A stretch of DNA of 64,000 nucleotides from Alphaproteobacteria bacterium (GCA_016869195.1 VGET01000001.1:2800-66799), one strand, 5' to 3'; shown: positions 9,649-19,549, counted from the first letter of the stretch. Numbers and translations are program-made. The notes: a model not told the origin generated them from the sequence alone.

Positions 9649-9905
9649 GCGAGACGCTATTCGGGCGCAGCGATGGATTTGATACGGCCGTGTTACGGTT
9701 TGTTGACCGAGGGGCTGTTGGTTGAGGTAGTCGACGCCCTCGCCCGGAGCCAGCGGCCATCTAAGCTGATGCTCGACGCAGAGTCCTCCTTTCGCCTCGC
9801 GCGCAATGTTCGACATTCGATCGGAACCATTTGTTGCTCTGCATTCATATGGTAGGAGTTGGCCAACAAGAAGTTCGCGCGCGTCGAGGCGCGCGGTGAC
9901 TTGGG

Positions 9906-10331
9906 GTGGGGCGCAAATCAATGAGCCGGGTTGTCCGGTTTCGATTTACCCAGCGGCGACGACGGCAAGCCACGGCGTGGCTTGCGCTCCTTTGCCTGTT
10001 CGCCTCGCTCCTGTCCGGCGTCGCAAATCACCTGGCGCCTTTGAGCGCTGCAACCGCTGTCGACGCGGTCGAGATCTGTTCGGCGGACGGCATCAAGCTG
10101 GTCGATCCCATGACGGGCGAGGCGCCGACCAAGAAATCGGACCACTACCACGATCACTGCCTGGGGTGCCTCGCTCATCAGGTGAGCGTGGGGTATCTCG
10201 CCACCACGATCGTTGCGTTTCTCCCGGCCGCTCCGGCCTTGCCTGTCTTCGCACAGGACGACGCGGAGTCACGCGCGCTTTCCCCACCGCTGCTGCCGCA
10301 GCTCAGCCGCGCCCCACCTTCCCAGGCCTGA
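9906..10331 (+). CDS. DUF2946-like small protein of copper-receptor operons.
   Basis: It has an N-terminal TM/signal segment and a C...H.HDHC..C metal-binding pattern, and sits immediately upstream of a TonB-dependent receptor. Confidence 0.45.
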   Translation: MGRKSMSRVVRFRFTQRRRRQATAWLALLCLFASLLSGVANHLAPLSAATAVDAVEICSADGIKLVDPMTGEAPTKKSDHYHDHCLGCLAHQVSVGYLATTIVAFLPAAPALPVFAQDDAESRALSPPLLPQLSRAPPSQA

Positions 10332-10387
10332 CAGCCGACTGATTCGACGCATGTCGCCCTCCCAACCCGAGGGCGTGCAGCTGCGCG

Positions 10388-12580
10388 TTGTCGTCCGTCT
10401 TCCTTGATGTGGGGATCAACATGAATCTCTTTCGCCTGCGGCCGGCGCTCATCGGCGCGCGTCCGCTCTCCTACGAACGTTTCGCCTGGGGCGCCCTGCT
10501 GGCCGCCACCGCCTTCCTGCTTGCCGCGATTCTGCATCCGCTCCTCGCGGAAGAGCCCGACGCGACCTTGCCGGAGATCCGGATCGAGGATCAGGCGAGC
10601 CCGACCCTCACGATTCCCGGCCCCGCCGAGGCCGCCGAGACGCTGAAAACGGTTCCGGGCGGCACGGCGGTGGTTGAACCCGAGCGCTATGCGAGCCAAG
10701 CACCGAAGACGCTGAAAGACACGCTCGATTTTGTGCCCGGTGTGTTCGTACAGCCGCGGTGGGGCGAGGATTCAAGGCTATCGATCAGAGGGTCCGGCAT
10801 TGCGCGCAACTTCCACCTGCGTGGTGTTCAGGTGATGCAGGACGGTGTTCCCTACAACCTCGTCGACGGGCAGGGTGACTTCCAACAGCTCGATCCTCTC
10901 GCCTATCAATATGCCGAAGTGTTCAAGGGCGCGAACGCGCTCGAATACGGCACGGCGAGCCTGGGCGGCGCGATCAACTTCGTCTCGCCGACCGGCTATA
11001 CCGCCGATCCCTATGTTCTTCGCGCCGAGATCGGCTCCTTCGGCTTCAGGCGATTTCAGGCGCAGGCCGCGGGCGTATCGGGTGATGTCGACTATTTCAT
11101 CACGCCGACGCTGCTACTTTCGGATGGCTTCCGCGACAGCACGGAACAGGACAGCCGGCGCCTTGCGGCCAATCTCGGCTATCGGGTGAGCGACGACGTC
11201 GAGACGCGGTTCTTCCTCAATCTCAGCGACATCGATCAGGAAATCGTCAGCGCCCTGTCCAAGGACGACGCACTGCGAAACCCGGAGCAAGCCGGCCCAT
11301 TCGACGAGTTCTTTGGCGGCGCCCATGACATCACCGCCCAGCGCCTTGCAAACCGGACCGTGATCGAACTGGAGGAGGGTACGCTCACCTTCGGCGCCTA
11401 TGGCTACCACTGGGAGCTGTTCCACCCGATTCCGGGCTTTCAGCTGATCGATCAGGAGTCGTTGGCCGGTGGAATATTCGGCAGCCTTCGCGGCGAGGAA
11501 GAGCGGGACGGGCGGCGCAATCGTTGGGTGGTTGGCCTCAATGCCAGCTATGGCGAAACCGATGACCAGCGATTCACGCCGGCCGCCGGCGGACAGAAGG
11601 GCGCGCGGGTGGCCGATCTGCTACAGACCGCCTCGAACGCCTCGATCTATGGCGAGTTCTCGTGGGGTGTCGCCTCCGATCTCTGGCTCGTGGTCGGCGC
11701 GCAAGGGGCACTCAACGGCCGCGCAACCGATGATCGGGTTCTCACTGATGGCGATCAGAGCGATGACGAATGGTTCCGCGGGCTGAACCCGAAGCTCGGC
11801 TTGCTCTGGGAGCCGTCGAGCAGCACCCAGGTCTTTGCCAATCTCAGCCGCAGCTATGAACCGCCCGACCTCATCGACCTGCCGAACTTCGTCTTCCCGG
11901 CGTTCGATTTCCAAGGCTTCAACGACGTCAAGGCCCAGCGCGCGACGACGGCCGAAATCGGTACACGAGGTTCGTTCGCGGCCATCGCCTGGGATGTCAG
12001 CCTCTATCGGGCCTGGCTCGACAACGAGCTGCAGTGTCAGAACTTCTCCGGGGTGTTCGGCGTAAATCAATGCACCGTGCGCAATCTGCGTGAGACGGTG
12101 CATCAAGGCATCGAGCTCGGCCTTGAGATCGAGCTTCTCGAGACGTTGGCCGGCGCCGACGCGACGCGTGGCGATCGCCTCGTATTGCGCCAGACTTACA
12201 CGCTGAGCGACTTCTTCTTCGACAACGACCCGACCTTCGGCGACAACGAGATCCCCGGTGTGCCGCGGCACTACTACCGGGCCGAGCTTCGCTATAGCCA
12301 TCCTGATGGCTTCTTCTTCGGGCCGAACGTCGAGTGGGTCCCCGAGGCTTATTTCGTCGACAATGCGAACACGCTGAAGACAGAGGCCTATGCGCTGCTT
12401 GGCTTCACGCTGGGTTATGAGGCACCGAACGGCCTCCGCCTCTTCCTCGAAGGTCGCAACCTGACCGATGAGACCTACATCGCGCTCACCGATGTGATTC
12501 CGGGTCCAGCCAATGATCCCGCGATCTTCTACCCCGGCGATGGCCGCTCCGTCTTCTTCGGGGTCAGCTATGCCTGGTAG
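10388..12580 (+). CDS. TonB-dependent outer-membrane receptor, probably a copper receptor of the OprC/NosA type.
   Basis: There is a plug domain, a beta-barrel with repeated aromatic-terminated strands, and a C-terminal ..FFGVSYAW. The gene context is DUF2946/YcnI/CopCD. The start may instead be at 10430 (MNLFRL). Confidence 0.75.
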   Translation: MSSVFLDVGINMNLFRLRPALIGARPLSYERFAWGALLAATAFLLAAILHPLLAEEPDATLPEIRIEDQASPTLTIPGPAEAAETLKTVPGGTAVVEPERYASQAPKTLKDTLDFVPGVFVQPRWGEDSRLSIRGSGIARNFHLRGVQVMQDGVPYNLVDGQGDFQQLDPLAYQYAEVFKGANALEYGTASLGGAINFVSPTGYTADPYVLRAEIGSFGFRRFQAQAAGVSGDVDYFITPTLLLSDGFRDSTEQDSRRLAANLGYRVSDDVETRFFLNLSDIDQEIVSALSKDDALRNPEQAGPFDEFFGGAHDITAQRLANRTVIELEEGTLTFGAYGYHWELFHPIPGFQLIDQESLAGGIFGSLRGEEERDGRRNRWVVGLNASYGETDDQRFTPAAGGQKGARVADLLQTASNASIYGEFSWGVASDLWLVVGAQGALNGRATDDRVLTDGDQSDDEWFRGLNPKLGLLWEPSSSTQVFANLSRSYEPPDLIDLPNFVFPAFDFQGFNDVKAQRATTAEIGTRGSFAAIAWDVSLYRAWLDNELQCQNFSGVFGVNQCTVRNLRETVHQGIELGLEIELLETLAGADATRGDRLVLRQTYTLSDFFFDNDPTFGDNEIPGVPRHYYRAELRYSHPDGFFFGPNVEWVPEAYFVDNANTLKTEAYALLGFTLGYEAPNGLRLFLEGRNLTDETYIALTDVIPGPANDPAIFYPGDGRSVFFGVSYAW

Positions 12581-12629
12581 CGGAGCGCCTCGTCCCATCA
12601 CTCGATCCGGCCATCAGGGGTTCACTTCC

Positions 12630-13166
12630 ATGACATTGGTTCTGCGCGCTGCATGTTTCGTACTCTCGACTATCAGCGTCGGCGCATTCGCAACATCGGC
12701 CTTTGCCCACGCGGTGCTCGAACGGGACCATGCACCGGCCGGCAGCTTCTACAAGGCCGTCATTGGCATTCCGCACGGATGCGCCGGCACGGCTACGCAC
12801 ACCATCCGCGTGTTGATGCCCGATGGCGTGAGGCAGCCGAAACCGATGCCGAAACCTGGATGGTCGCTGGAGACGCGCCTTGAGAAGCTCGCCGCGTCCT
12901 ATGACTGGTACGGCACGACCATCACGGAAGATGTGCGCGAGATCGTCTGGAGCGGTGGTTCGCTCCGGGGAGATTTCTATGACGAATTTGTCTTCATGGT
13001 GAAGCTGCCGGATACCCCGGGAGAGATCCTCTACTTCAAGACGGTCCAGACCTGCGAGAACGGGGAGCATCGCTGGGTCGAAGTGCCGGAGCCGGGCAAA
13101 ACCCTCGGCCACGACGCCGAGCCGGCGCCGAGCCTGACTCTCACCAAACCGGAAGCGTCACACTAG
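12630..13166 (+). CDS. ycnI: YcnI-like (DUF1775) periplasmic copper-binding protein.
   Basis: After the signal peptide the mature protein begins HAVLERDHAP.., consistent with a histidine-brace N-terminus. It lies between the receptor and copCD. Confidence 0.5.
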   Translation: MTLVLRAACFVLSTISVGAFATSAFAHAVLERDHAPAGSFYKAVIGIPHGCAGTATHTIRVLMPDGVRQPKPMPKPGWSLETRLEKLAASYDWYGTTITEDVREIVWSGGSLRGDFYDEFVFMVKLPDTPGEILYFKTVQTCENGEHRWVEVPEPGKTLGHDAEPAPSLTLTKPEASH

Positions 13167-13209
13167 AAGCGGAAAGAGGGAACGGCGGGCGCAGCATAGG
13201 GCCTCATCC

Positions 13210-14832
13210 ATGCGGCGGGCACAAAGGTGTCTGATCTGGCTCGTGCTGGCACTGGTCATTGGCCTGACAATGGCCACGCCCGCCGCCGCCCATGCCGTCT
13301 TGATCGAATCGAACCCGGCCGCCGGGGCAACAATCGAGCGGGCTCCCAGCACGATCACGCTCCGTTTCAATGAGCCCGTGTCATTGACCTGGTTGCGTCT
13401 CTTGGACGGCGATGGCACCGAGATCACGCCGGCTTCGCCCGCGCAAGCAAGAGACGCGGTGGTGACGCTGACGCCACCCGATTCCCTATCGCGCGGCTGG
13501 TATGTCCTCTCCTTTCGGGTCGTTTCGCTCGATTCCCACCCTGTGAGCGGCAGCATCGCGTTTCACGTTGGCGAGGTGGCCGAAGGCATCGAGCGGCCGC
13601 GCGTCGCGAATGAGGCCGCAACGAGCCACATGGTCTCGGCCTTGGCTTGGATCCTGAGGGCGCTGCGCTACGGTGGCATCCTGCTGGCCGCCGGCCTCGC
13701 GATGCAGCTTGCGCTCGACGGCCTCGGCGACGTGATCAAGCGCCGCATTATCCGAGCCCTTCGGATTACCGGGACCGCCGCCATCATGGCCGGGATCCTC
13801 GAGGTCGGGCTGGTCGGTGCCACCCTCGCGGGCGACGAGCTCGCTGGCATCTTCCGCGCTGAGGCATGGCGCCTCGGTGCGAGCGGCTCGCTTGGGCAGA
13901 GTATCGGCCTGGCGCTCCTCGGAATTGTTACCGCCACAATCGCTGCCGGCCGGAACGGTCGACCTGAAGCTCGCCTTATCGCAACCGGTGGCGCGACCAT
14001 CGCCCTCGTGAGCGTCGCCGTCACCGGCCATGCGTCATCGGCACAGCCTACATGGCTCGTGGCGGCGATGATCGTCATTCATGCCGCAACCGCCGCCTTC
14101 TGGCTCGGCGCACTTTGGCCACTCTTGCTCAGCCTTCGCCTCGAGCCAACGACCGTCGCCGCCGAGCGCCTGCGCATATTTTCCCGGCAGGCGGTTGTGC
14201 CGCTCCTCTGGCTTCTCGCATCGGCGCTGTTGCTTGCGATCATTCAGCTTTCAAGGCCTGGGGCACTGGTCGAGACCGATTACGGTCTCCTGCTCCTCGC
14301 CAAGATCGGCGCCGTGCTCGGCCTTCTTGCCTTGGCATCACTCAATCGCTGGCGCCTCGTGCCACGCTTGGGCCGCGGCGAAGCCAGGGCGGCGCATGCA
14401 TTGAAGGCGACTATCGCCATCGAGTTCGCCGTCTTTGCCATCGTCATCGCGTTGACCGCGGGCCTTGGTGTGATGACGCCGCCACGTGCATTGCCGGCCG
14501 CCCCGGCGACAATCGTTCGAGACCTGGCCGACGGTGACATCAAGGTCACGCTTCAGATGAGCCCCGGGCACCCGGGGCGCAATCGCGTGACGCTCGAATT
14601 CGATACGTCCGACGAGGTGCCACGCACGCCGCACGAGATTCGCCTCCGCTGGTCCTTGCCGACGAGCAACATCGAGCCCCTCGAGCGGATGCTCATCCCA
14701 CAGGGCGACCAACGCTACGCGACAAGCGACGTCACGGTGCCAATCGCCGGCGACTGGCAGTTCGAGATCGTCCTATGGCGCGACCTCTTCACCAAATCGT
14801 CGCTCGTAACACGGATCCGTGTCACCCCCTGA
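13210..14832 (+). CDS. CopC-CopD fusion protein (YcnJ-like copper importer or resistance protein).
   Basis: A signal peptide precedes a CopC domain beginning HAVLIESNPAAGA, and about eight TM helices typical of CopD follow. Confidence 0.65.
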   Translation: MRRAQRCLIWLVLALVIGLTMATPAAAHAVLIESNPAAGATIERAPSTITLRFNEPVSLTWLRLLDGDGTEITPASPAQARDAVVTLTPPDSLSRGWYVLSFRVVSLDSHPVSGSIAFHVGEVAEGIERPRVANEAATSHMVSALAWILRALRYGGILLAAGLAMQLALDGLGDVIKRRIIRALRITGTAAIMAGILEVGLVGATLAGDELAGIFRAEAWRLGASGSLGQSIGLALLGIVTATIAAGRNGRPEARLIATGGATIALVSVAVTGHASSAQPTWLVAAMIVIHAATAAFWLGALWPLLLSLRLEPTTVAAERLRIFSRQAVVPLLWLLASALLLAIIQLSRPGALVETDYGLLLLAKIGAVLGLLALASLNRWRLVPRLGRGEARAAHALKATIAIEFAVFAIVIALTAGLGVMTPPRALPAAPATIVRDLADGDIKVTLQMSPGHPGRNRVTLEFDTSDEVPRTPHEIRLRWSLPTSNIEPLERMLIPQGDQRYATSDVTVPIAGDWQFEIVLWRDLFTKSSLVTRIRVTP

Positions 14833-14846
14833 TCGGAGATCAAGTC

Positions 14847-15338
14847 ATGCGTGTTGCCTCGCTCACTATCGTCGTCGCCCTCATGCTCGCCTCCATGTCG
14901 ACGTCACTCGGCGCAAAAGGAGGGGAGGATGATGCGATCGTAGCGATCGTGGCTCTGATGCGTGAAACCTGGGAACGACCCGACGCGCCATTGAGCGTGA
15001 CGCCGGTGGTCGTCGATGGAGATTACGCGATCGCCGATTGGACGCAGGGTGACCAAGGCGGCCGCGCACTGCTCGCCTATCGCGAGGATGGCTGGCGCGT
15101 CGTTTTGTGCGCCGGTGAAGGCCTGAAGGACGTGGCCGTTCTGCATGAGGCCGGCCTGTCGGTGGAGCAGGCGACACGTCTCGTGGCGGCACTGAATGAA
15201 GCAGAGCGCGCGATTGAGCCAGAGAGGCTGCAGCTCATCGCCAGCTTTCAGGGATTGGTCTCGATGGACGAGACGCCGCGCGAATCGAGCCAGGGCGGCG
15301 CGCACCTGCACGGGCATTCCGGGTCTGACCACGAGTAG
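14847..15338 (+). CDS. Secreted hypothetical protein with a His-rich C-terminal tail.
   Basis: It has a signal peptide (MRVASLTIVVALMLASMSTSLGA) and ends ..GGAHLHGHSGSDHE. It sits inside the copper cluster. Confidence 0.4.
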   Translation: MRVASLTIVVALMLASMSTSLGAKGGEDDAIVAIVALMRETWERPDAPLSVTPVVVDGDYAIADWTQGDQGGRALLAYREDGWRVVLCAGEGLKDVAVLHEAGLSVEQATRLVAALNEAERAIEPERLQLIASFQGLVSMDETPRESSQGGAHLHGHSGSDHE

Positions 15339-15341
15339 CGC

Positions 15342-16457
15342 GTGCAGCGAATTGCCACATCGGAGCCCCGCCGTCGCCTGCGATGGCACGTGGCGATCGC
15401 GCTGTCGGTGCTTGTTCATGGCAGCGCGGCGGTGGCGTTGCTCACCGTGGACCGGCCCACGACAACGGAAGAATTCGTCGTGGTGTCATTCGTCGAGGAG
15501 CAATTGGAAACCGAGATCGCCGTAGTCGACGCAGCGCCCGATCCTGCACCAGCAGCGGTGGCGATGGCTGAACCCGGGCCGGATACGGCGTTGCGTGAGC
15601 CGCCTCTTATCGACGAGTTCAAGGAAGTGCCCCTTGCGCCGGACGATCCGCAGAGCCCGGCGATCGAAGAAACCCGCCCATCGTCACCCGGGTTTCCGTC
15701 ACCGGACCTGCCGTCTGTCGCTCCGGCGGAGTCATTGCCTCCGCCGCTCCCGCAAGAGCCCGAGCCCGCGCCCGCGGCGACGGAGTCAGAGGCCGCGAAC
15801 CAACCGCAGGCCGCAGCCCCATATGTCCCCCTCGACCCCGTCGCGGCCATGCCGGCGAGACCGCTCGTCAACGTCGAGCCAGAGGTCGTTCCCCCGCCGG
15901 AAAAGTCGAAGCCGGAACCACGGATGAAGCGAACGAGGAAGTCTGTTGTCGCCGCGGGTGAGCCTACGCAACCGACACGACCACGCCGCGACACCCCGGA
16001 CCCATTGGAATCGCCTAGTGGAGATGAGACAGCCGACGAGCATCACAAATCCGAGGTACGCAAGTCGGAGCCCGAACGGCTGGAGGCGCCCTCTGCAACC
16101 GTGGATGACGCGAGACCTGAGGACAGACCCGTTGTCGCACAGGTCAGCACGCCAACAGTGTCAGCCGGTCTGTCGGATGCCTATCGCCGATCTCTCGTTC
16201 GCTGGCTTGAGCGGCGCAAGAGCTATCCACCGGCGGCCCGTCGCGCGCGCGCGGAGGGGCGGGTCGTTCTGCGCATCGTGATTGCCCGCGACGGCACTGT
16301 CCTCGGTGCCTCGATCGTTTCGAGCAGTGGTCATCAGGCCCTCGATGAAGCTGCATTGCTGCTCGTTGAACGCGCCGGAACCGCGCCGGCGGCTGGACCC
16401 GAGTCCACCGCCGATCGAATCATCCTCGACGTGCCGTTGAGCTACGCACCGAAGTAA
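15342..16457 (+). CDS. tonB: Energy transducer TonB.
   Basis: An N-terminal TM segment is followed by a Pro/Glu-rich spacer and a C-terminal TonB domain (VVLRIVIARDGTV..LDEAAL). Confidence 0.65.
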   Translation: MQRIATSEPRRRLRWHVAIALSVLVHGSAAVALLTVDRPTTTEEFVVVSFVEEQLETEIAVVDAAPDPAPAAVAMAEPGPDTALREPPLIDEFKEVPLAPDDPQSPAIEETRPSSPGFPSPDLPSVAPAESLPPPLPQEPEPAPAATESEAANQPQAAAPYVPLDPVAAMPARPLVNVEPEVVPPPEKSKPEPRMKRTRKSVVAAGEPTQPTRPRRDTPDPLESPSGDETADEHHKSEVRKSEPERLEAPSATVDDARPEDRPVVAQVSTPTVSAGLSDAYRRSLVRWLERRKSYPPAARRARAEGRVVLRIVIARDGTVLGASIVSSSGHQALDEAALLLVERAGTAPAAGPESTADRIILDVPLSYAPK

Positions 16458-17158
16458 GCAGGCGGCAACCCACTAGGGGCCCTGCTGTCCATGAGGTGGA
16501 ATGGTCAGCACCACGTTTTTGATTGACACGTCTCGGCTTGGCCAAGCGCGACTGCTGGTGTTTCTCACTAGGTCCGCACAGACGATGAGGACGCATGGGA
16601 ATCGGTTGATCAATAGGAATCTCCCAATTCCGAGGATGTCGTAGTCACACATTGGACGGCCCGCTTCCTCCAAAGGGGCTCGGCACGTACTTGTTTCATC
16701 GAAAGAAGAGAGCCCGGGAAACCTGTCACGCGAGCAATTCATCCTGAAGTCGCTCGACCTGGATCTATTTTTCCAAGCGACTTGTTTTTTTCTCGGAGCT
16801 GACCGGGTGCTCTCGGTCGGCGTTGGCATGGTTCCGCCAGTCGGCAGGCGAGACGCGCCCCCTTGAGGTGCTCACGGAGGCCGCGCTCGGGTTTGTTGGC
16901 GGAGCGAATGCTGCGAGGGACGGCAGCCAATGTAGAGGCGGGGTTTGGCCGCCATCGAATATGTTCGATCTCTTGATCCCGGAACGTAACGAGCGATCGT
17001 CAAACTTGACGATCAATTCTTCCTGCCGACAGACACCTCGATCGGCGCGTTGTAGCCACTGGATGGTGCATGGCTGGGATGTATTCCTAATCTGCGCCTT
17101 TACGCAATGGCTGCGTATATCCGCATCACTTGCTAAATGACCTCCGGGGGGGTCCTGC

Positions 17159-17419
17159 ATGCCGATTCGCTCGTCCGATCTAATCGAGAGTGTCGCGAAG
17201 GGATGCGAACTCGATCCCGGGATTGTTCGCCGATATTGGCGCACGCTGCGGGAGGCCGAGCTTGTCCCCGCCGGTCGCAGCGGACGTTCCGGGAGCGAAG
17301 CGCCGGTGGAGCCGATCCATACCGCAACTTTGCTCGTAACTCTGCTCGGCAGTGAGACCGCAATTGGATGCGTTTCCGCAGTCGCAAAGATCCGAGCGCT
17401 CAAAGGACCCCGCGTGTAG
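17159..17419 (+). CDS. Hypothetical small protein within the islet.
   Basis: It is an ORF with protein-like composition and no recognisable family. Confidence 0.25.
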   Translation: MPIRSSDLIESVAKGCELDPGIVRRYWRTLREAELVPAGRSGRSGSEAPVEPIHTATLLVTLLGSETAIGCVSAVAKIRALKGPRV

Positions 17420-17633
17420 GTCGCGCCCGTTCGAGTCCGCAGTGGCTCGGATTTGATCGTTCATGAAGTGTCGATAGCTCCCCAAGGAGCTACGGTCGAG
17501 GATGCCCTGGAGGCGCTGATCAATCTCGAGCGGGGGGGATAACTCTTTTGCGAGCAACTTTGCCGCGATTTCGGTTTCGACCTGTCGAGCAAAGACGTGG
17601 GCCCGGATCGACATCAGCAGTCGGCGAAGCCAA

Positions 17634-17912
17634 TTGAATGCTCGCGAGTTAGTGGCTGAGCCCGACTACCCCTCAGCGTTCCATTTCTGCGGTGAAGATC
17701 GCGAGCCTGTCGGCCCCGACGAGGATTTCCACCCGATGTACTCGCCAGGACCGTTTTTCAGGACGACCAGCATTGCAATAGATGCAATTTTTCCGGTCGC
17801 CGAATGTTTCGGGCGCTTGAATGAGGTGGAGTTCAGGCGCCTCGCCTACCCCCGGCTCCACTATGCCACCTACGATGGTGATGACCTAAGCAAAGGCAGG
17901 GTTGCCAAATGA
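17634..17912 (+). CDS. Hypothetical small protein within the islet.
   Basis: It is an ORF of 92 aa with no recognisable family. Confidence 0.2.
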   Translation: MNARELVAEPDYPSAFHFCGEDREPVGPDEDFHPMYSPGPFFRTTSIAIDAIFPVAECFGRLNEVEFRRLAYPRLHYATYDGDDLSKGRVAK

Positions 17913-18051
17913 ACGGGAACCCGCTGATGCGACGGTTGGGTGTTGCAGATCGAGAAACCGTGGATTCGATGCCGGGAAGCGGTTGGGCGTTCCCCTCGCT
18001 TCAAGCAATGCATCTCGCCAAGCCGTTGGTCCCTAAAATCGGACGTTCGAC

Positions 18052-18312
18052 ATGACGAAACCACGAAAACATCTGGTCGTTGAGCCAGCGACAATGACGT
18101 GGGCCGAGGTTTCGGAGTATGCGTTCCGCAAGGGCGAAAGCTGGCTCCGCGCGCATCTGACGGACTTCACCGACTTCCCGCGGCCCGACCCGTCGCTCGG
18201 CCTGTTTCGGAAGCTCGACGTCGATCGCTGGCTCGGTCGTCGTTTCGGTGAAGTGACATCGGACGTGGTACAGCTCGAGTCCGAGCTAATCCGGAGGGCG
18301 CGCCGTGGTTAG
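18052..18312 (+). CDS. AlpA/excisionase-like DNA-binding protein.
   Basis: It is 86 aa and overlaps the integrase start by 8 nt. It contains an HTH-like TMTWAEVSEYAF segment and a ..LDVDRWL motif. Confidence 0.4.
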   Translation: MTKPRKHLVVEPATMTWAEVSEYAFRKGESWLRAHLTDFTDFPRPDPSLGLFRKLDVDRWLGRRFGEVTSDVVQLESELIRRARRG

Positions 18313-19372
18313 GGTGAAGGTGCGCCATCTGGTCGACAAGCCGCGTAAGGACGGCCGCTCGCGCTACTACTGGCAACCGACCGCCAAGCTCCGCAGGGCG
18401 GGTTTCGTCCCCATTCGCCCCGAGGATGACCTCTCGGTCGCGGTGAAGCACGCGGAGGAGCTGAATGCGGAGGTTGATCGGTACTACCGGGGTGATCAGC
18501 CGGTCGCCGTGAAGCCCGACAGCGTCAAGGCGCTCCTGCTCACCTTCGAGCGCGACAACGCGTTTCAGAGGCTCGCCGCTCGCACCCAGCGAGACTATCA
18601 GCAGGCCTTCGTACACATCCTCGAGTGGGCAGGGGACATGCCGGTCCGGGCGCTGACGCGCAGGGCGATCAAGGAATATCAGCGGTCCATCGAAGCGAAG
18701 CGCGGCCGCCACGCGGCGCACCATATTCTGATGGCGCTCAGCGCTGCGCTCAGCCTGGCCGTCGACGAGGGCTGGATCGAGACGCATCCCGGCCGAAACC
18801 TGAAAATTAGCCTGGGTGATGGCCGGTCCGTAGTTTGGGCGCACGCTCAGGTGGAGAAGTTGATTCAGGCGGCCGAGTTAGAGGGGCGCCCCTCGGTCGC
18901 CTTGGCTGTGATGTTGGGCTGGTGCCTCGGTCAACGCCCGGCGGATCTTCTGGCGCTGACTTGGTCCGCCTACGACGGGGCAACGATCACGCTCCGCCAA
19001 AATAGGACCGGGGCCCGACTGCCGCCGATACCGGTGCTCCCAAGCCTCAAGGAGCTGCTCGACCGGAGGCCTCGGCGCGCGGTGCAGATGGTGATCTCCG
19101 AGGCGACCGGGCAGCCCTACAAGCTCGACCGATTCCAGCGTTTCTTTGGGCAGCTGCGGGCCAAAGCCGGTTTGCCGGCCAACCTCTACTTCGCGGACCT
19201 GCGGCGCACTGTCGCCACCCAGCTCGGCAAAGCGGGCTGCAGCGAGGACGTGATTCGCTCCATCACCGGGCATCGAAGCCGCGAGGTGCTGCGCCGATAT
19301 GTTCGGCCCGACGGGTCTTTTTCGGAGCGCGGGATCGGCGAGCTGAAACGGCTTCGCGAGAACAAAGAATGA
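18305..19372 (+). CDS. int: Tyrosine-type site-specific recombinase (phage integrase family).
   Basis: It has an N-terminal SAM-like/core-binding region and a C-terminal catalytic region containing ..ADLRRT.. and ..GHRS..Y. It has a GTG start. Confidence 0.7.
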   Translation: MVRVKVRHLVDKPRKDGRSRYYWQPTAKLRRAGFVPIRPEDDLSVAVKHAEELNAEVDRYYRGDQPVAVKPDSVKALLLTFERDNAFQRLAARTQRDYQQAFVHILEWAGDMPVRALTRRAIKEYQRSIEAKRGRHAAHHILMALSAALSLAVDEGWIETHPGRNLKISLGDGRSVVWAHAQVEKLIQAAELEGRPSVALAVMLGWCLGQRPADLLALTWSAYDGATITLRQNRTGARLPPIPVLPSLKELLDRRPRRAVQMVISEATGQPYKLDRFQRFFGQLRAKAGLPANLYFADLRRTVATQLGKAGCSEDVIRSITGHRSREVLRRYVRPDGSFSERGIGELKRLRENKE

Positions 19373-19428
19373 CGTTGAGTTGGAATTTTTCTCTGAATCC
19401 GGCTAGGAGAGTTGGAACGAACGGCCGG

Positions 19429-19515
19429 GCCCGGGTGGCGGAACCGGTAGACGCACCGGACTCAAAATCCGGCGGTGGCAACACCGTGCGAGTTCAAGTC
19501 TCGCCCCGGGCACCA
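19429..19515 (+). tRNA. tRNA-Leu (anticodon CAA), with a long variable arm and an encoded CCA end.
   Basis: The acceptor strand GCCCGGG pairs with CCCGGGC, followed by discriminator A and then CCA. The anticodon loop is CUCAAAA, and the D-arm GUGGCGGAAccGGUAGACGC is nearly identical to the E. coli tRNA-Leu D-arm. Confidence 0.8.
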
Positions 19516-19549
19516 GGGTCGTGCATCGCGCAAGCATGATTGAAGGCGC

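Larger units (their letters stand above)
16460..19372 (+). mobile_element. Small integrative islet or remnant: lower-GC DNA with short orphan ORFs, an excisionase-like gene and a tyrosine integrase abutting tRNA-Leu.
   Basis: There is a compositional shift by eye (about 55% versus about 67% GC). The segment is bounded by tonB on the left and the tRNA on the right. No second att repeat was identified. Confidence 0.45.

Noticed and set aside
18167-18844. A 225-aa antisense ORF inside the integrase gene.
   Set aside because: It fully overlaps a well-supported tyrosine recombinase on the other strand and has no recognisable features.
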